A stretch of DNA of 64,000 nucleotides from a virus. The translations under genes were made by a program, and so were the position numbers. The notes under the pieces were generated by a model. The model searched no databases, was not told the DNA's origin, and worked only from the letters and a program-made list of their open reading frames with translations. The stretch's first letter is position 1, and each line of letters begins with the position of its first letter. Shown here piece after piece: positions 18,472 through 28,698 of this stretch. The stretch spans positions 58,825 to 122,824 of IMG/VR virus record IMGVR_UViG_3300037264_004862. One strand, written 5' to 3'.

Positions 18472-19277
18472 GTGCTGGTGTTATTTACTATAATGTAGGT
18501 GAATCATGCGTTGTAAGGTTATTGGTTTCAATTTATAGCCTAAAGCGGCATTATAATGGCCCTATTACTATTATATCTGAAGGTGTAGAATCGGACGCCT
18601 TATGTTCTAAAGTGGCCCAAACAATGAATGTTACACTTAAACATGCAATTTTTGATACCAATGGTCCAAAAAATCATCCGTTTCTAGCTAAAACTAAAAT
18701 CAATCAGGTGGCACCTTATGATTATAATGTTTTCATTGATGCCGATACGTTAGTAGTTGGTAGGATAGATGAATTATTCAATACAGCCCAGTTTACTATC
18801 ACTAGAATGGCAGAATGGTCCACAAATGGCACTAAAATTTCACATAGGATTAAAAATTGGTCAAATATTTGCCCTGACTTAATAGAGCCCGCTTTGAATT
18901 ACAAAAAGGCCATTAATACAGGAATTTTTGCGTTCGTACGAGATGCTACCATATTTAATGAATGGTATGGCCTCACGCTTAAAAACCGTGACACATTCAT
19001 TCCTGATGAAATTAGTTGTCAATTGTTGCTACCTAAACATTCGCATAATTTATTAGATTGTAGATTCAATTGGTCTTGTAAATATGGTCCTGATATAGAT
19101 GATATTCGAATCATTCATTTTCATGGTAGAAAACATTGTAGGCCTGGATTACCATTTAATGCCGACAAATGGGTGAAAGTGTATAATGAAGTTGTGAATC
19201 AGAATCTTGCGGATGTTTGCCAATGGCAGCCAGCTAAAGACAGAATGTTATATAAATATCTTAAATCTAATGAATAA
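18468..19277 (+). CDS. glycosyltransferase, GT8-like
   Basis: VFIDADTLV, INTGIF, DE, RFN, IIHFHG. Confidence 0.75.
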   Translation: MSAGVIYYNVGESCVVRLLVSIYSLKRHYNGPITIISEGVESDALCSKVAQTMNVTLKHAIFDTNGPKNHPFLAKTKINQVAPYDYNVFIDADTLVVGRIDELFNTAQFTITRMAEWSTNGTKISHRIKNWSNICPDLIEPALNYKKAINTGIFAFVRDATIFNEWYGLTLKNRDTFIPDEISCQLLLPKHSHNLLDCRFNWSCKYGPDIDDIRIIHFHGRKHCRPGLPFNADKWVKVYNEVVNQNLADVCQWQPAKDRMLYKYLKSNE

Positions 19278-19908
19278 ACTTTCTATTTGTTTTACTGTTA
19301 AAAATAGAAGTAAAATAGCCAATAGAGAAATATTTCCTCAGACTATCAAATCAATAGTTGAGCATAGCTCTCCTGGCGAACCGATTGAAGTCGTAGTGTC
19401 TGATTGGCTTTCGACTGATTGGCCATTAGTTGAATGGATTTATGATTATGCTAAACATGTACCCATTAAAGTAGTTAATATAGATCAATGTGGATTTAAT
19501 AGAGGCATTGGCTTAAATTTGTCGGCCCAGAACTCATCTGGGAATATACTGTTTTTTAATGATGCTGATATTTTGGTCGATAGAGCTACGCTAGATTTGG
19601 CATTTAGGTGCATTACAGATAAAATAGCCTTCTTCCCACGTGTTAGAAAGACTACATCATATGGCCATCTTATTGTGAGAGAAGATAAACGTTGGCTTAG
19701 AGGATTTGGAGTGGCAATTGTATTGCGTGAATGGTGGGAACGAGCAGGATTATATAAGAGTTTCTGGTATACAGCTGATAATTGGGGCGGCGAAGACAAC
19801 CAATTTCATGATGATATAAAGACCCTTAATATAAAAATTGAACGTCCTAAAATGGATAATTTGGTCCATCAATGGCATCCACGGAAAGTAATTTATGAAC
19901 AGCTTTGA
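19270..19908 (+). CDS. glycosyltransferase, GT2/GT7C-like
   Basis: VVVSD, FNRGIGLN, FFNDADILV, WGGED, HQWH. Confidence 0.8.
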   Translation: MNKLSICFTVKNRSKIANREIFPQTIKSIVEHSSPGEPIEVVVSDWLSTDWPLVEWIYDYAKHVPIKVVNIDQCGFNRGIGLNLSAQNSSGNILFFNDADILVDRATLDLAFRCITDKIAFFPRVRKTTSYGHLIVREDKRWLRGFGVAIVLREWWERAGLYKSFWYTADNWGGEDNQFHDDIKTLNIKIERPKMDNLVHQWHPRKVIYEQL

Positions 19909-20611
19909 AATTTGTATACAGCAATATTCGTTCACAAAGCGTTGTTGGTGGCAATTAAGCAGTTTAGCTCAACAAATCAATAAGACTAATATTTTGTATA
20001 AACTCAACATTCATAAAAATGACCCATTTTACAAACTAAATAAGCATTTAATTAGTACGTTTCAGAGTCTTGTAAATTTGAAGGTCAAGATTTGGGATGA
20101 TGAACGATTTTTTAAACGTGGTGATGTGCGTAATTTAGACTTAAAAGAAGCGACTAAACAGTGGATTATTTATGCAGATGCAGATGTGGTATTTCATCCG
20201 ACATTCTTCAGTATGATTAATACGATATCTCTAAAGATTGATAAAATGAACGTTATTTCACGATTTAATACTTCTATTGATGATGGTTATAGTTTAGTAG
20301 ATTCTCAACGCTATGAGGGCCAACCTATTAAAAAAGTCGTTGATAGGATAACAAAATATCCATTGCGACAAAGTTGTTCTATAGGGGCTGGTTATTTTCA
20401 GTTAGTTAATGTCAATTTTATTAGAAGTAAAGGTTTTAATTATAGTGAGCGGTCAGATAGTGCATTGAATTCTAAGCGCGGACCGTCATACCGATCGGAT
20501 CGACATCTTAGATCACTTATGGGATTGAACAAAATAGAAATAGCGCCTCTTTACCATATAAATCATTATCGTCTAAAAGATCATAAAGATGTAAGGTTGG
20601 CATGCCAATGA
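19895..20611 (+). CDS. glycosyltransferase, GT2-like
   Basis: RGDVRN, WIIYADADVVF, GAGYFQ, YHINH. Confidence 0.7.
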   Translation: MNSFEICIQQYSFTKRCWWQLSSLAQQINKTNILYKLNIHKNDPFYKLNKHLISTFQSLVNLKVKIWDDERFFKRGDVRNLDLKEATKQWIIYADADVVFHPTFFSMINTISLKIDKMNVISRFNTSIDDGYSLVDSQRYEGQPIKKVVDRITKYPLRQSCSIGAGYFQLVNVNFIRSKGFNYSERSDSALNSKRGPSYRSDRHLRSLMGLNKIEIAPLYHINHYRLKDHKDVRLACQ

Positions 20612-21168
20612 ATTATTTCAAAAAAGTGGTACAATCCAATGTTCCTAACGGATTTAGACGTAAGGTTCTTATTGATGGTGGATTTTATATTGGACAATAT
20701 ACTGAAGCCTACCTAAGCAAGAATCCTGGATTTGAAGTATGGGCTTTTGATCCAATTAAAATAGATTCACAATTTCTGAGTCGCGTACATTTTATTAATC
20801 AAGCAATATGGATAAAAGATGAGATAAAATCTTTCTATTTAAGCCACCGTGCAGATGCTGCATCATTAATAGACACTAGAGCAGTAGATATCGGTCGTAG
20901 TATCAAAGTCGACTGCGTTGATTTCAGTTATTGGTTAAAACAGAATTTTACTAAAGATGATTATATTCATCTTAAGCTTGATATAGAGGGTGCTGAATAT
21001 CAAGTATTACAGAAAATGATCGATGATGGGTCAATTGATTTAATTAGTGAATTGGTGTGCGAATGGCACATTAAAATTAGCCGCCAGCCCAATCAAGAAT
21101 TACATAAATCATTGAAGCAACAATTGTTATCATGCAACAATATAAGATTATTAAAGGATTGGAGATGA
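20608..21168 (+). CDS. FkbM-family SAM methyltransferase
   Basis: LIDGGFYIGQ, WAFDP, HLKLDIEGAEYQVL, CEWH. Confidence 0.85.
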   Translation: MNYFKKVVQSNVPNGFRRKVLIDGGFYIGQYTEAYLSKNPGFEVWAFDPIKIDSQFLSRVHFINQAIWIKDEIKSFYLSHRADAASLIDTRAVDIGRSIKVDCVDFSYWLKQNFTKDDYIHLKLDIEGAEYQVLQKMIDDGSIDLISELVCEWHIKISRQPNQELHKSLKQQLLSCNNIRLLKDWR

Positions 21169-21223
21169 AGTTTTCAAAGGACTGGCATAGGAGACATAAA
21201 AACCAAGTTTTTATTAGGAAAAT

Positions 21224-21964
21224 ATGAAAACTTTAATATTTCTGTGTGGTTATGATGATTTTTATTTTAAATTGGCCAATATGGCCGCTCACACCATAAG
21301 GTTATCAGGTTATACCCAAGATATTGTTATCTTTACTATTGATGATCGCAAATCGAATTATGCAATATGTCTTAATTTGGCCACCCACTCTGAGTCTAAT
21401 CTAATTATTACACCCAAACAAGGCGCATTCTTCCATGCTAAATTATGTGAACCGTTTGGTCATTCGAAGTATAAGAAACAGTATGATTATTTCATGATCA
21501 AAACACTACCTGGGTCCATTATTAAGAAAGAAGATTATGATTTTATTCTTTATATGGATTCTGATATGTTGGTACATTCACCATTGGACAACATTTTTGC
21601 GTATAAAACTATCGTCTCTGATTATAATAGTAAGAATGCCTTTAGAGACATTAAAGGACTTACGAAGCACCTTTTACCAGAAGAGGTTATCGTAGCAAAG
21701 AATTTAACTGGAATCGGAGGAGGTGCTTTTGGTGTACCATCAAGTCATTATAGGTTTTATGATGATTATAGAAAAATTTATCTCCAATATATTAATGAAA
21801 TTCCGCATGATCAGCCTGCACTGACGATGACTATGATTAGGTATTACGGTGATTACAAAGTAGAGAAGCTCCCTAATCGTGCATATTGGATTCATTATTG
21901 GGGGTATCGTAAGGAACAGATGGTTACTGAGTATAATAAGACATACGCTGGTCGTAATCTATGA
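21224..21964 (+). CDS. nucleotide-diphospho-sugar transferase (GT8/GT77-like)
   Basis: ILYMDSDMLV, HDQPAL, IHYWG. Confidence 0.7.
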   Translation: MKTLIFLCGYDDFYFKLANMAAHTIRLSGYTQDIVIFTIDDRKSNYAICLNLATHSESNLIITPKQGAFFHAKLCEPFGHSKYKKQYDYFMIKTLPGSIIKKEDYDFILYMDSDMLVHSPLDNIFAYKTIVSDYNSKNAFRDIKGLTKHLLPEEVIVAKNLTGIGGGAFGVPSSHYRFYDDYRKIYLQYINEIPHDQPALTMTMIRYYGDYKVEKLPNRAYWIHYWGYRKEQMVTEYNKTYAGRNL

Positions 21965-23055
21965 AAATTTTAATAACTAGTGATGTGCATTTTGGCGTGC
22001 CAGGAAAACTGGAGCATTCTATATGGGCAGTTAAAGTAATGAGAGAGTATGCCCATCATAATAATATAGAAGTAATTTTGGTTCTAGGCGATTTGTTTCA
22101 TGATAGGAGTAGTTTAAATATTCAAGTTCTTACTAAAGCCTATGACTTCTTTGATGAAACTGATAAGAGTTATAACCAGGAGTGGCTGGCTTTTCCTGGC
22201 AACCACGACTTGTACCTCAAAAATTCATGGAAAGTAAATTCAGTACGACCTCTTAATCGTTTAGTGACTATAATCGAAGATATTAAGGCTATTAATATTG
22301 GGAGTCGTAGGTTTTGGATTCTTCCATTTGTCCATTATGAGTCTGCTTATATGCAGGTAGTTCGTGCAATTGAAAAGAAAGCATCTCCAGAAGATATTTT
22401 ATTAACTCATATTGGAGTCCATGGAGCTACGTTGAATGAGTGTTTCTTATTAAAAAATTGGAGCTTAGTGGACTTCTCGGGCACTATTTTCAGGCGTGTA
22501 TATTCTGGTCATTTTCATTGCATGCAGCAGGTTGGCGATAAAACTTGGTATCCGGGCAGTCCGATCCCATTCAGGTTTGATGAAGGACAGGTAGAACATG
22601 GATTCTTGGAATTTGATACTGAATCTTGTGAACATAAATTCATAAAGACCTTTGAAGCTGGGAAGTTATTGCTTCCAAATGAAATTCCAGCACCGGATTT
22701 TATAACCTGTATGGATACTTCGGCCGATCAAATCGATACAACTAACCGGAACGTACGCGTGGTTTTATCTCGAGATTATACCAATAATGAACTGATGGGC
22801 CTGAGGCAGATGCTGACTGATAAGGGTGCATTATCGGTGAAGTGGCAGAAAATGGCACAGGCCGAAGACAAAGACATGCAAGCCTCGACTGCATCCAATA
22901 TGGGCGATGGACATACTTTATTTCAAAATTGGTTGGATCACGATAAACCCGAGCACTTCGATAAAGGTTCTCTAGCATCACTAAATAAACTAGTGATAGA
23001 AGAAGGTATGGAGAGACTTTCTAGTACCGAGGAACCAGATGCCGAACCCGCTTAA
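21961..23055 (+). CDS. Mre11/SbcD-like nuclease (T4 gp47-like)
   Basis: SDVHFG, GDLFHDR, GNHD, THIG, SGHFH, YPGSP. Confidence 0.92.
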   Translation: MKILITSDVHFGVPGKLEHSIWAVKVMREYAHHNNIEVILVLGDLFHDRSSLNIQVLTKAYDFFDETDKSYNQEWLAFPGNHDLYLKNSWKVNSVRPLNRLVTIIEDIKAINIGSRRFWILPFVHYESAYMQVVRAIEKKASPEDILLTHIGVHGATLNECFLLKNWSLVDFSGTIFRRVYSGHFHCMQQVGDKTWYPGSPIPFRFDEGQVEHGFLEFDTESCEHKFIKTFEAGKLLLPNEIPAPDFITCMDTSADQIDTTNRNVRVVLSRDYTNNELMGLRQMLTDKGALSVKWQKMAQAEDKDMQASTASNMGDGHTLFQNWLDHDKPEHFDKGSLASLNKLVIEEGMERLSSTEEPDAEPA

Positions 23056-25186
23056 AATCAGCAAGTTAGCCTGGGCTAACTTCATGAGTTATGGCGACTA
23101 TGAAACGTTGCTTGAATTAGACTCTCTAGGACCAGCCTTAATAGTCGGCCAAAAGGAGGGCCGCAAGGAGGAATCAAATGGTGTGGGTAAGACCACCATT
23201 ACTACGGCAATAATTTGGTGTCTATTTGGTCGTACTCCTAGAAAAGCTGCCCCGGGTGATAAAGTTATAAACTTTTATACTAAGGGTCAATGCTATGTCA
23301 GAATTACTACTGCTGATGGTTGGGTCATCACTAGAACACGTGGTATTAATGGGCATGACGACTTGTTGGTTCATAAAGATGGTGAAGACATAACGCTGTC
23401 CACAAACAAGAATGCCCAAACGCTGTTGAAAAAACTCTTTAATCTAGATTACGACATATTCGTGGCTAGTATCTTCTTCGGTCAGCGTACTGAACCATTT
23501 TTAACGATGAGCGATCAGAAGCGCAAGGCCGCTCTTGAACGCCTTTTGGGCCTGAATCGTCTTAATGTCTGGGGCGATGTAGCTAGAGAATATAAGACAA
23601 CTGCTGAGCTAGAGCAACAGAAGATTAAAGCTTTGTCAGAAGTTCGTGTGATTGATATCACTAATACTAAAGAACAAATTCATCTTACGCATAAGCAGGC
23701 TGATGAATTCGAAATAAGTCGTGCTACTCTCGTGAAGACTCTAAGAACAGAAATATTAGAAGTGGCTACCAAACTCAAGCCGTTGATGATGGTTAATATT
23801 AGTGAACTGCAATCTAAATATAATCAGCAGGAGTCAAAGCGGAAGAATTTGAGCGACAAAAAGTTACAGCTAGACCACGCTATTGCAACCAATAAACAAT
23901 TGAGTACCGAAGTTATAAATCTTGAGAATATTGGAAACCAGCAGAAACTACGTCTGGCGTCTTTAAGTGATATTGATGTCGATCTCTTGAAGAAGCAACA
24001 TAAGCAAGCCGATATAGACGAGCAAACCAAAATAAGTCACCAAAATATAATTAATGGTTTAATATTGAGCCAGCACAAAATTGAACAGAAAATCCAGCAA
24101 CTCTTCAGCGATCTTAAAGATTGGAATGGTAAAACAGGAACTAGTTGTCCATCATGTAAACAGCTTATTTCCCCTGAACATGCAGAAGCTATATGCAAAC
24201 CTTATAGCATTCAAGCTAAGGAATTAGGTAAAGAGCTCTTACAAATTAAAGGGCGCACTAAGGAACACCAACAGCAGATGGATGCTATTGTGATTAGTCG
24301 TCCTATAATTTCAGTTGCTGCTGCAATGCGTGATACTGAAGAACGTCGTGCGATAAATGAGAATTTGCAGAATCTTAGAGCTCAGGTTGACGATATCTTC
24401 AAGCGTATGGTAAAATTACGAGATTTGAATATAAAACTTAGTGCAGATATTGAGCAGACAATCACTGATCTTTCTAAATCCGACGTTTCGACTCAACTCG
24501 AGACAGCTAAGCAACAAATGGCTTTGAGAGATCAGTTGAAAATTAAACTAGGCTTCTTGGATTCTAGATTGAAAGAAGAGAAAATCCGTGATAACTCTTA
24601 TAATGCTATGGTGAAGACGTTTGAAGTCGAATTAGATAGAGCAGAAATAGACCTTAGCCAACACTTAACCAAAATTGCGGAACTTGATGACAAGATTAAA
24701 TCGTACGATTATATTAGGCACAGTTACCATGACCGGAACAAGATCAAGATGTTCATTCTAACTGGTTTGATTCCGTATCTCAATGCACGTATTGAGTATT
24801 ATTTGAATGCATTTGAATGTGATCTAACGCTTAAATTTACTTCTACGCTCTCCGTAGAAACTTCTAGGTGGGATTATGACTTGCATTCTGGCGGTCAACA
24901 GAAACGTATTGATTTGGCAATAATGTTCGCTCTTTATGATCTATATATTTCAATGTATGGTCAGCAATGTAATGTGATGGTTCTCGATGAGGTCGATGGC
25001 GCTCTAGATCCATATGGTGTGCGGATGTTTGTGGATATCATTAACAACGACTTCGCCGGGGAGCGCCCTGATAAACCAAGTACTATATTAATCATAAGCC
25101 ACAAGAATGACATGGTAGATCAGTTTGCTACCCAAATATTAGTATCCCAGGATGCTGATGATTTCTCCCATATTCTTAAGGGATAG
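23039..25186 (+). CDS. Rad50/SbcC-like ATPase (T4 gp46-like)
   Basis: NFMSYG, NGVGKT Walker A, CPSC zinc hook, SGGQ signature, VLDEVD Walker B, ISH. Confidence 0.93.
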   Translation: MPNPLKISKLAWANFMSYGDYETLLELDSLGPALIVGQKEGRKEESNGVGKTTITTAIIWCLFGRTPRKAAPGDKVINFYTKGQCYVRITTADGWVITRTRGINGHDDLLVHKDGEDITLSTNKNAQTLLKKLFNLDYDIFVASIFFGQRTEPFLTMSDQKRKAALERLLGLNRLNVWGDVAREYKTTAELEQQKIKALSEVRVIDITNTKEQIHLTHKQADEFEISRATLVKTLRTEILEVATKLKPLMMVNISELQSKYNQQESKRKNLSDKKLQLDHAIATNKQLSTEVINLENIGNQQKLRLASLSDIDVDLLKKQHKQADIDEQTKISHQNIINGLILSQHKIEQKIQQLFSDLKDWNGKTGTSCPSCKQLISPEHAEAICKPYSIQAKELGKELLQIKGRTKEHQQQMDAIVISRPIISVAAAMRDTEERRAINENLQNLRAQVDDIFKRMVKLRDLNIKLSADIEQTITDLSKSDVSTQLETAKQQMALRDQLKIKLGFLDSRLKEEKIRDNSYNAMVKTFEVELDRAEIDLSQHLTKIAELDDKIKSYDYIRHSYHDRNKIKMFILTGLIPYLNARIEYYLNAFECDLTLKFTSTLSVETSRWDYDLHSGGQQKRIDLAIMFALYDLYISMYGQQCNVMVLDEVDGALDPYGVRMFVDIINNDFAGERPDKPSTILIISHKNDMVDQFATQILVSQDADDFSHILKG

Positions 25187-25188
25187 AT

Positions 25189-25196
25189 CAAATATA
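25189..25196 (+). promoter_or_regulatory. putative late promoter YAAAYATA (type example; variants at 8983, 13790, 27480, 33042, 34615, 36049, 36914, 38632, 44309, 46034, 57221)
   Basis: Recurs a few nt upstream of plus-strand gene starts; resembles T4 late TATAAATA; gp55-like sigma encoded at 27068. Confidence 0.55.
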
Positions 25197-25200
25197 CAAT

Positions 25201-25728
25201 ATGGCAGATAAATTTTTCGTCGATAAAATTAAGCGCGTTTTCAATGACGAATATTTGAGACGTAATCTCATCAAGTATTTTGTTGATAAAGGGTTTGATA
25301 ATTTCAATAAGAAGCTATACGCGCCGATTGTTCAGGATTTGCCATATTTAGTGCCAGAATTAGTAAATAAGATCGAAGTTGTTCCTTTCGTGAAGGAGTC
25401 CAACCCAGCTACTGGCCAAGTTAATATAGGTTGGAATTTCTTTGTCCTTGGTACTAATCGTATTGATCTTGGAGATTCTCTTCATAATAATATGAATGAG
25501 TTCCATCAAGCTTTGAATGGACCACCACCCAGCGGCGCTTATAATGCCCTGAAAACACCAAAAGAAATCATTGATTTTATTATGTTAGTATTAAAAAATA
25601 GCGCTTCAGGTATGGTTCAACCGCAACCACATGGAATGACGGTAACAATGCCCAACAGGCCAATCAATAGACCTCGTATGGGTCCAACTGCTTCAAGTAG
25701 CTATTACGAGAAGAGTCGCCCAGTCTAA
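25201..25728 (+). CDS. hypothetical protein
   Basis: ORF preceded by CAAATATA motif. Confidence 0.6.
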   Translation: MADKFFVDKIKRVFNDEYLRRNLIKYFVDKGFDNFNKKLYAPIVQDLPYLVPELVNKIEVVPFVKESNPATGQVNIGWNFFVLGTNRIDLGDSLHNNMNEFHQALNGPPPSGAYNALKTPKEIIDFIMLVLKNSASGMVQPQPHGMTVTMPNRPINRPRMGPTASSSYYEKSRPV

Positions 25729-25922
25729 AGACCGGCGTCGATATAATAGTTTTCACCACATGCACAGCGGACATTTTGTATTTGTCCTATGCTTGTGTTG
25801 GTAAAAGTAAAGGTAATACCACCACCGATCGCGCCGTGGTATTTCCCACGTATTGAGCATTTGTGAGTTTTGATCCAATCGTTGATTGGCTTTTCGTGCT
25901 CTTCGTCAATGGTGAATACCAT
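25725..25922 (-). CDS. small hypothetical Cys-containing protein
   Basis: Coupled (TAATG) to the upstream sigma-like gene; GAIGG, CACG. Confidence 0.55.
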   Translation of the reverse strand: MVFTIDEEHEKPINDWIKTHKCSIRGKYHGAIGGGITFTFTNTSIGQIQNVRCACGENYYIDAGL

Positions 25923-27019
25923 TATTTCACCATAATGTCCATTGCCAGACAGTGTAGCTTGATGTTTTCGCGCATTGCATCGATATCCTTAATATCCTTA
26001 TTAAGATAATTAGCAAGATTAGCTCTATGAAGCTTATCAGTCCCAAAACGCTCGATGTAGTCCTGAGGCGTGTCGACGATGAGATCAAATAATCTCTGAG
26101 CATCACCAGAGAGACGTCCACGTAGAAGATCTAGGTTCTCATTGCCACTAGTTGGAGGTTCTATACGGGATAGTGCCTTATGTTCGCAATGGTCGCGATG
26201 GCTGGCTTCAGTTTCGACGCTGGTACTACCGCTGTCCAAGCTAGTGTACTTGGCATAGACCTTTTCGACAATTTGATAACTGATCGTCTGTGGGACCTCA
26301 AGGATAGAAACCACATTTATAGAAGTCCACCCTAAGCTGATTTGAACGCCGTATGATTCGAACTCATGCTTGATTTCTTGGAGTTTTTGAATGGTCTTAA
26401 TAGGTAGAAGACCAGTCTCACAACGAATAACGTTATGCTCCATATCAATGGATTCTAGTTTGTGAGGATAATTCTTGATTGTGTTCAAAGCAGCAGCGAT
26501 CGCTTTGGTGGCGATGTCGGAAGCGTTGCCTTCTTCAGTCCGTGCTTCTTTAATAGAAGGTGGTTTGTTCTCTCTGAGAATTTGACGTAGGTAATTAAAC
26601 ATTACAGACTGAAAAAATTTCTTACGTTTAATTGGATCATTGGCAATTTGTGGTTTGGGGGACCATTTGATGACGAGATTGATATTACAATCTGGGCATT
26701 TCTCCGTTTTAGTCTTTGATGTAACAAAGTGCCTCTCGCACTTTGTGCATTCTCTAGATTCGTGGAATAGCACCATCAGAGCTGCCTTCCAAAAGGTGAT
26801 TTGGCAATCTTGTTTACCGACTTCAATATCCTTATATTCGTTACCGATAGTTCGTCCAAGGGCCATACAAAATTCCATTTTTTGGCCCTGAATGTTTGGG
26901 TCCTCCCAAGCTGTTTTCATTAGGGCATCTACTTCCTTCATCTCATCCTTGGTTAGGAGTTTGGCAGTTTCGTTCATCAATGAACCGCGTAGAAAAAGCC
27001 GCGCAAGTTGGTTGCTCAT
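25922..27019 (-). CDS. sigma-70-like factor with zinc-ribbon insertion
   Basis: Region-2-like QDCQITFWKA ... FFQSVMFNYLRQILR interrupted by CTKC...CPDC; C-terminal region-4-like HTH (LSGDAQRLF...LANYLNKDIKDI). Confidence 0.55.
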   Translation of the reverse strand: MSNQLARLFLRGSLMNETAKLLTKDEMKEVDALMKTAWEDPNIQGQKMEFCMALGRTIGNEYKDIEVGKQDCQITFWKAALMVLFHESRECTKCERHFVTSKTKTEKCPDCNINLVIKWSPKPQIANDPIKRKKFFQSVMFNYLRQILRENKPPSIKEARTEEGNASDIATKAIAAALNTIKNYPHKLESIDMEHNVIRCETGLLPIKTIQKLQEIKHEFESYGVQISLGWTSINVVSILEVPQTISYQIVEKVYAKYTSLDSGSTSVETEASHRDHCEHKALSRIEPPTSGNENLDLLRGRLSGDAQRLFDLIVDTPQDYIERFGTDKLHRANLANYLNKDIKDIDAMRENIKLHCLAMDIMVK

Positions 27020-27067
27020 ATATCCTCACTTTAAGTATTTTAGTTACACAAATTAATAGGAGCTACA

Positions 27068-27445
27068 ATGGTTAAGAAATCGTACGTCGACTCTAAAGCG
27101 CTTGAAAATCATTGGACATCTTGGCTGGACAATAAAGGCGATGAATCGTGGAAAGCTTTGCTTGATGGAATCTATAAAATTTGTTATGGGGTTGCTATCC
27201 ATTTTCATCCTAAAGATGACGATGAACATAATGAACTCGCACATGAGGCTTTTATACTTACTGTAGACAAAATCAAAGATGGAAGGCTGAAATTTACTCC
27301 TGGTAAGGCTCCAGTTTTTAATCTGTTGACTACTACGGTGTTCAGACATCTTTACTCCAAAATGAATAAAGATTCTCGTCGCAAAGTCGTACTTGCCAAT
27401 TTCAAACAAAAGCTTATTGATGATCATGCGTTCGAAACGGAATAA
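27068..27445 (+). CDS. T4 gp55-like late sigma factor
   Basis: YVDSKAL, IYKICYGVA, ELAHEAFI, KFTPGKAPVFNLLTTTVFR...KMNK resemble the gp55 pattern; AGGAG SD. Confidence 0.65.
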   Translation: MVKKSYVDSKALENHWTSWLDNKGDESWKALLDGIYKICYGVAIHFHPKDDDEHNELAHEAFILTVDKIKDGRLKFTPGKAPVFNLLTTTVFRHLYSKMNKDSRRKVVLANFKQKLIDDHAFETE

Positions 27446-27491
27446 ATCACAGGATAGACCAGCACACAATAATAGCGTATAAATATACTGT

Positions 27492-28478
27492 GTGGATTAC
27501 CGGGCTCAGAGAAAACCGCCTGTTCAGCGTGTTCATGTAAAAGTACATGCTGTATCTCGGCCACCGATTCCACGAAATGTACAGTCTGTGACTGTGAAAC
27601 CTATTATAATGCTTCCTAAAAGTGCTAGGAAGCATTCAGTACAATCTGTATTTAATCCACCATTGGCGCCCACTTTAATACAAAAGCCTATTGAGGTGCA
27701 AGTACGTCCTCTAATAGCGCCTGTCAGAGAGTTTAAGAAGAAACTTGGTAAGGGGTATATAAACCCTTTGGCCGTTCAACACAATAATTTATTGAAGGAA
27801 TATAAAGATTCAATTGACAGGTTGCGATGTGTTGGTAATACTAAGATTCTGGCTATAGTGGCGTGTGGTCCATCTATATTAGAAGCCGATCTTGAAAAAT
27901 TGAAGGACCAACCTAATATTGACCTTATGTGTATTAACAAGCCTGATAAGAGGCTTTGGCCTACACCATATTGGATGTTCTGTGATCAAAGTCAATTTGC
28001 CCGCAATAAAGACATATGGGAGCATTATGATGGGCAAGTCATTAATGCATCATCTGTTAGAGCTCGACATAGACGCCAAATCCTAATTAAGAGTATATCG
28101 GGACGAGGCTTTTCACGTGATTTAGGTAAAGGATTTTATATTGGCCGCTCATCTACTTATGCCGCTATGCAAGTGGCGCTTTGGATGAATTATAGCAGAA
28201 TATATATATTTGGGGTCGATATGTGTGCGGTGGATGGTAAATTGCATTTTTATGGCAAAAATCCTGATGTCGATGATACAAATCGTATACAGCGTTTTGA
28301 CAGGGAAGCTGAAAGCTATCTCTATGCAGCCACTAATGTATTAAAACCTGAAGATAGAGAACGTTTTGTATTTTGTAGTAGTTTTAATAAATATAATTTT
28401 GTTGATTATTATCGACGCTTGCACCAAAAGAAGGCAGTTGATATAATATTAGAGGAAGCATTAAAGCTTAGGAGATAA
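27492..28478 (+). CDS. second Maf/DUF115-like glycosyltransferase with basic Pro-rich N-terminus
   Basis: IVACGPS, MCIN, FCD, GRSSTYAAMQVALWMNYSRIYIFGVD. Confidence 0.7.
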   Translation: MDYRAQRKPPVQRVHVKVHAVSRPPIPRNVQSVTVKPIIMLPKSARKHSVQSVFNPPLAPTLIQKPIEVQVRPLIAPVREFKKKLGKGYINPLAVQHNNLLKEYKDSIDRLRCVGNTKILAIVACGPSILEADLEKLKDQPNIDLMCINKPDKRLWPTPYWMFCDQSQFARNKDIWEHYDGQVINASSVRARHRRQILIKSISGRGFSRDLGKGFYIGRSSTYAAMQVALWMNYSRIYIFGVDMCAVDGKLHFYGKNPDVDDTNRIQRFDREAESYLYAATNVLKPEDRERFVFCSSFNKYNFVDYYRRLHQKKAVDIILEEALKLRR

Positions 28479-28479
28479 T

Positions 28480-28677
28480 ATGACAGATGACAAAGGACAC
28501 AAAGGAGCCAAGCAGGATTTTGGCGCTTCTAAAAAGACCGATAAAGGTGCTCACGGTGGGGGCAACCAATATCATGATATAAAATTGAAATATCCAAAAT
28601 TTGCCTTAGGTGAGGGATTCAAGCATAAGGATAAACCTGGGAAGAGTACTGGTGGTAATAGCATCCCAGAGAAATAA
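28480..28677 (+). CDS. small Lys/Gly-rich protein
   Basis: AGGAG SD; low-complexity basic sequence. Confidence 0.55.
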   Translation: MTDDKGHKGAKQDFGASKKTDKGAHGGGNQYHDIKLKYPKFALGEGFKHKDKPGKSTGGNSIPEK

Positions 28678-28698
28678 CCATAGCCTGTAAATAAGGCT

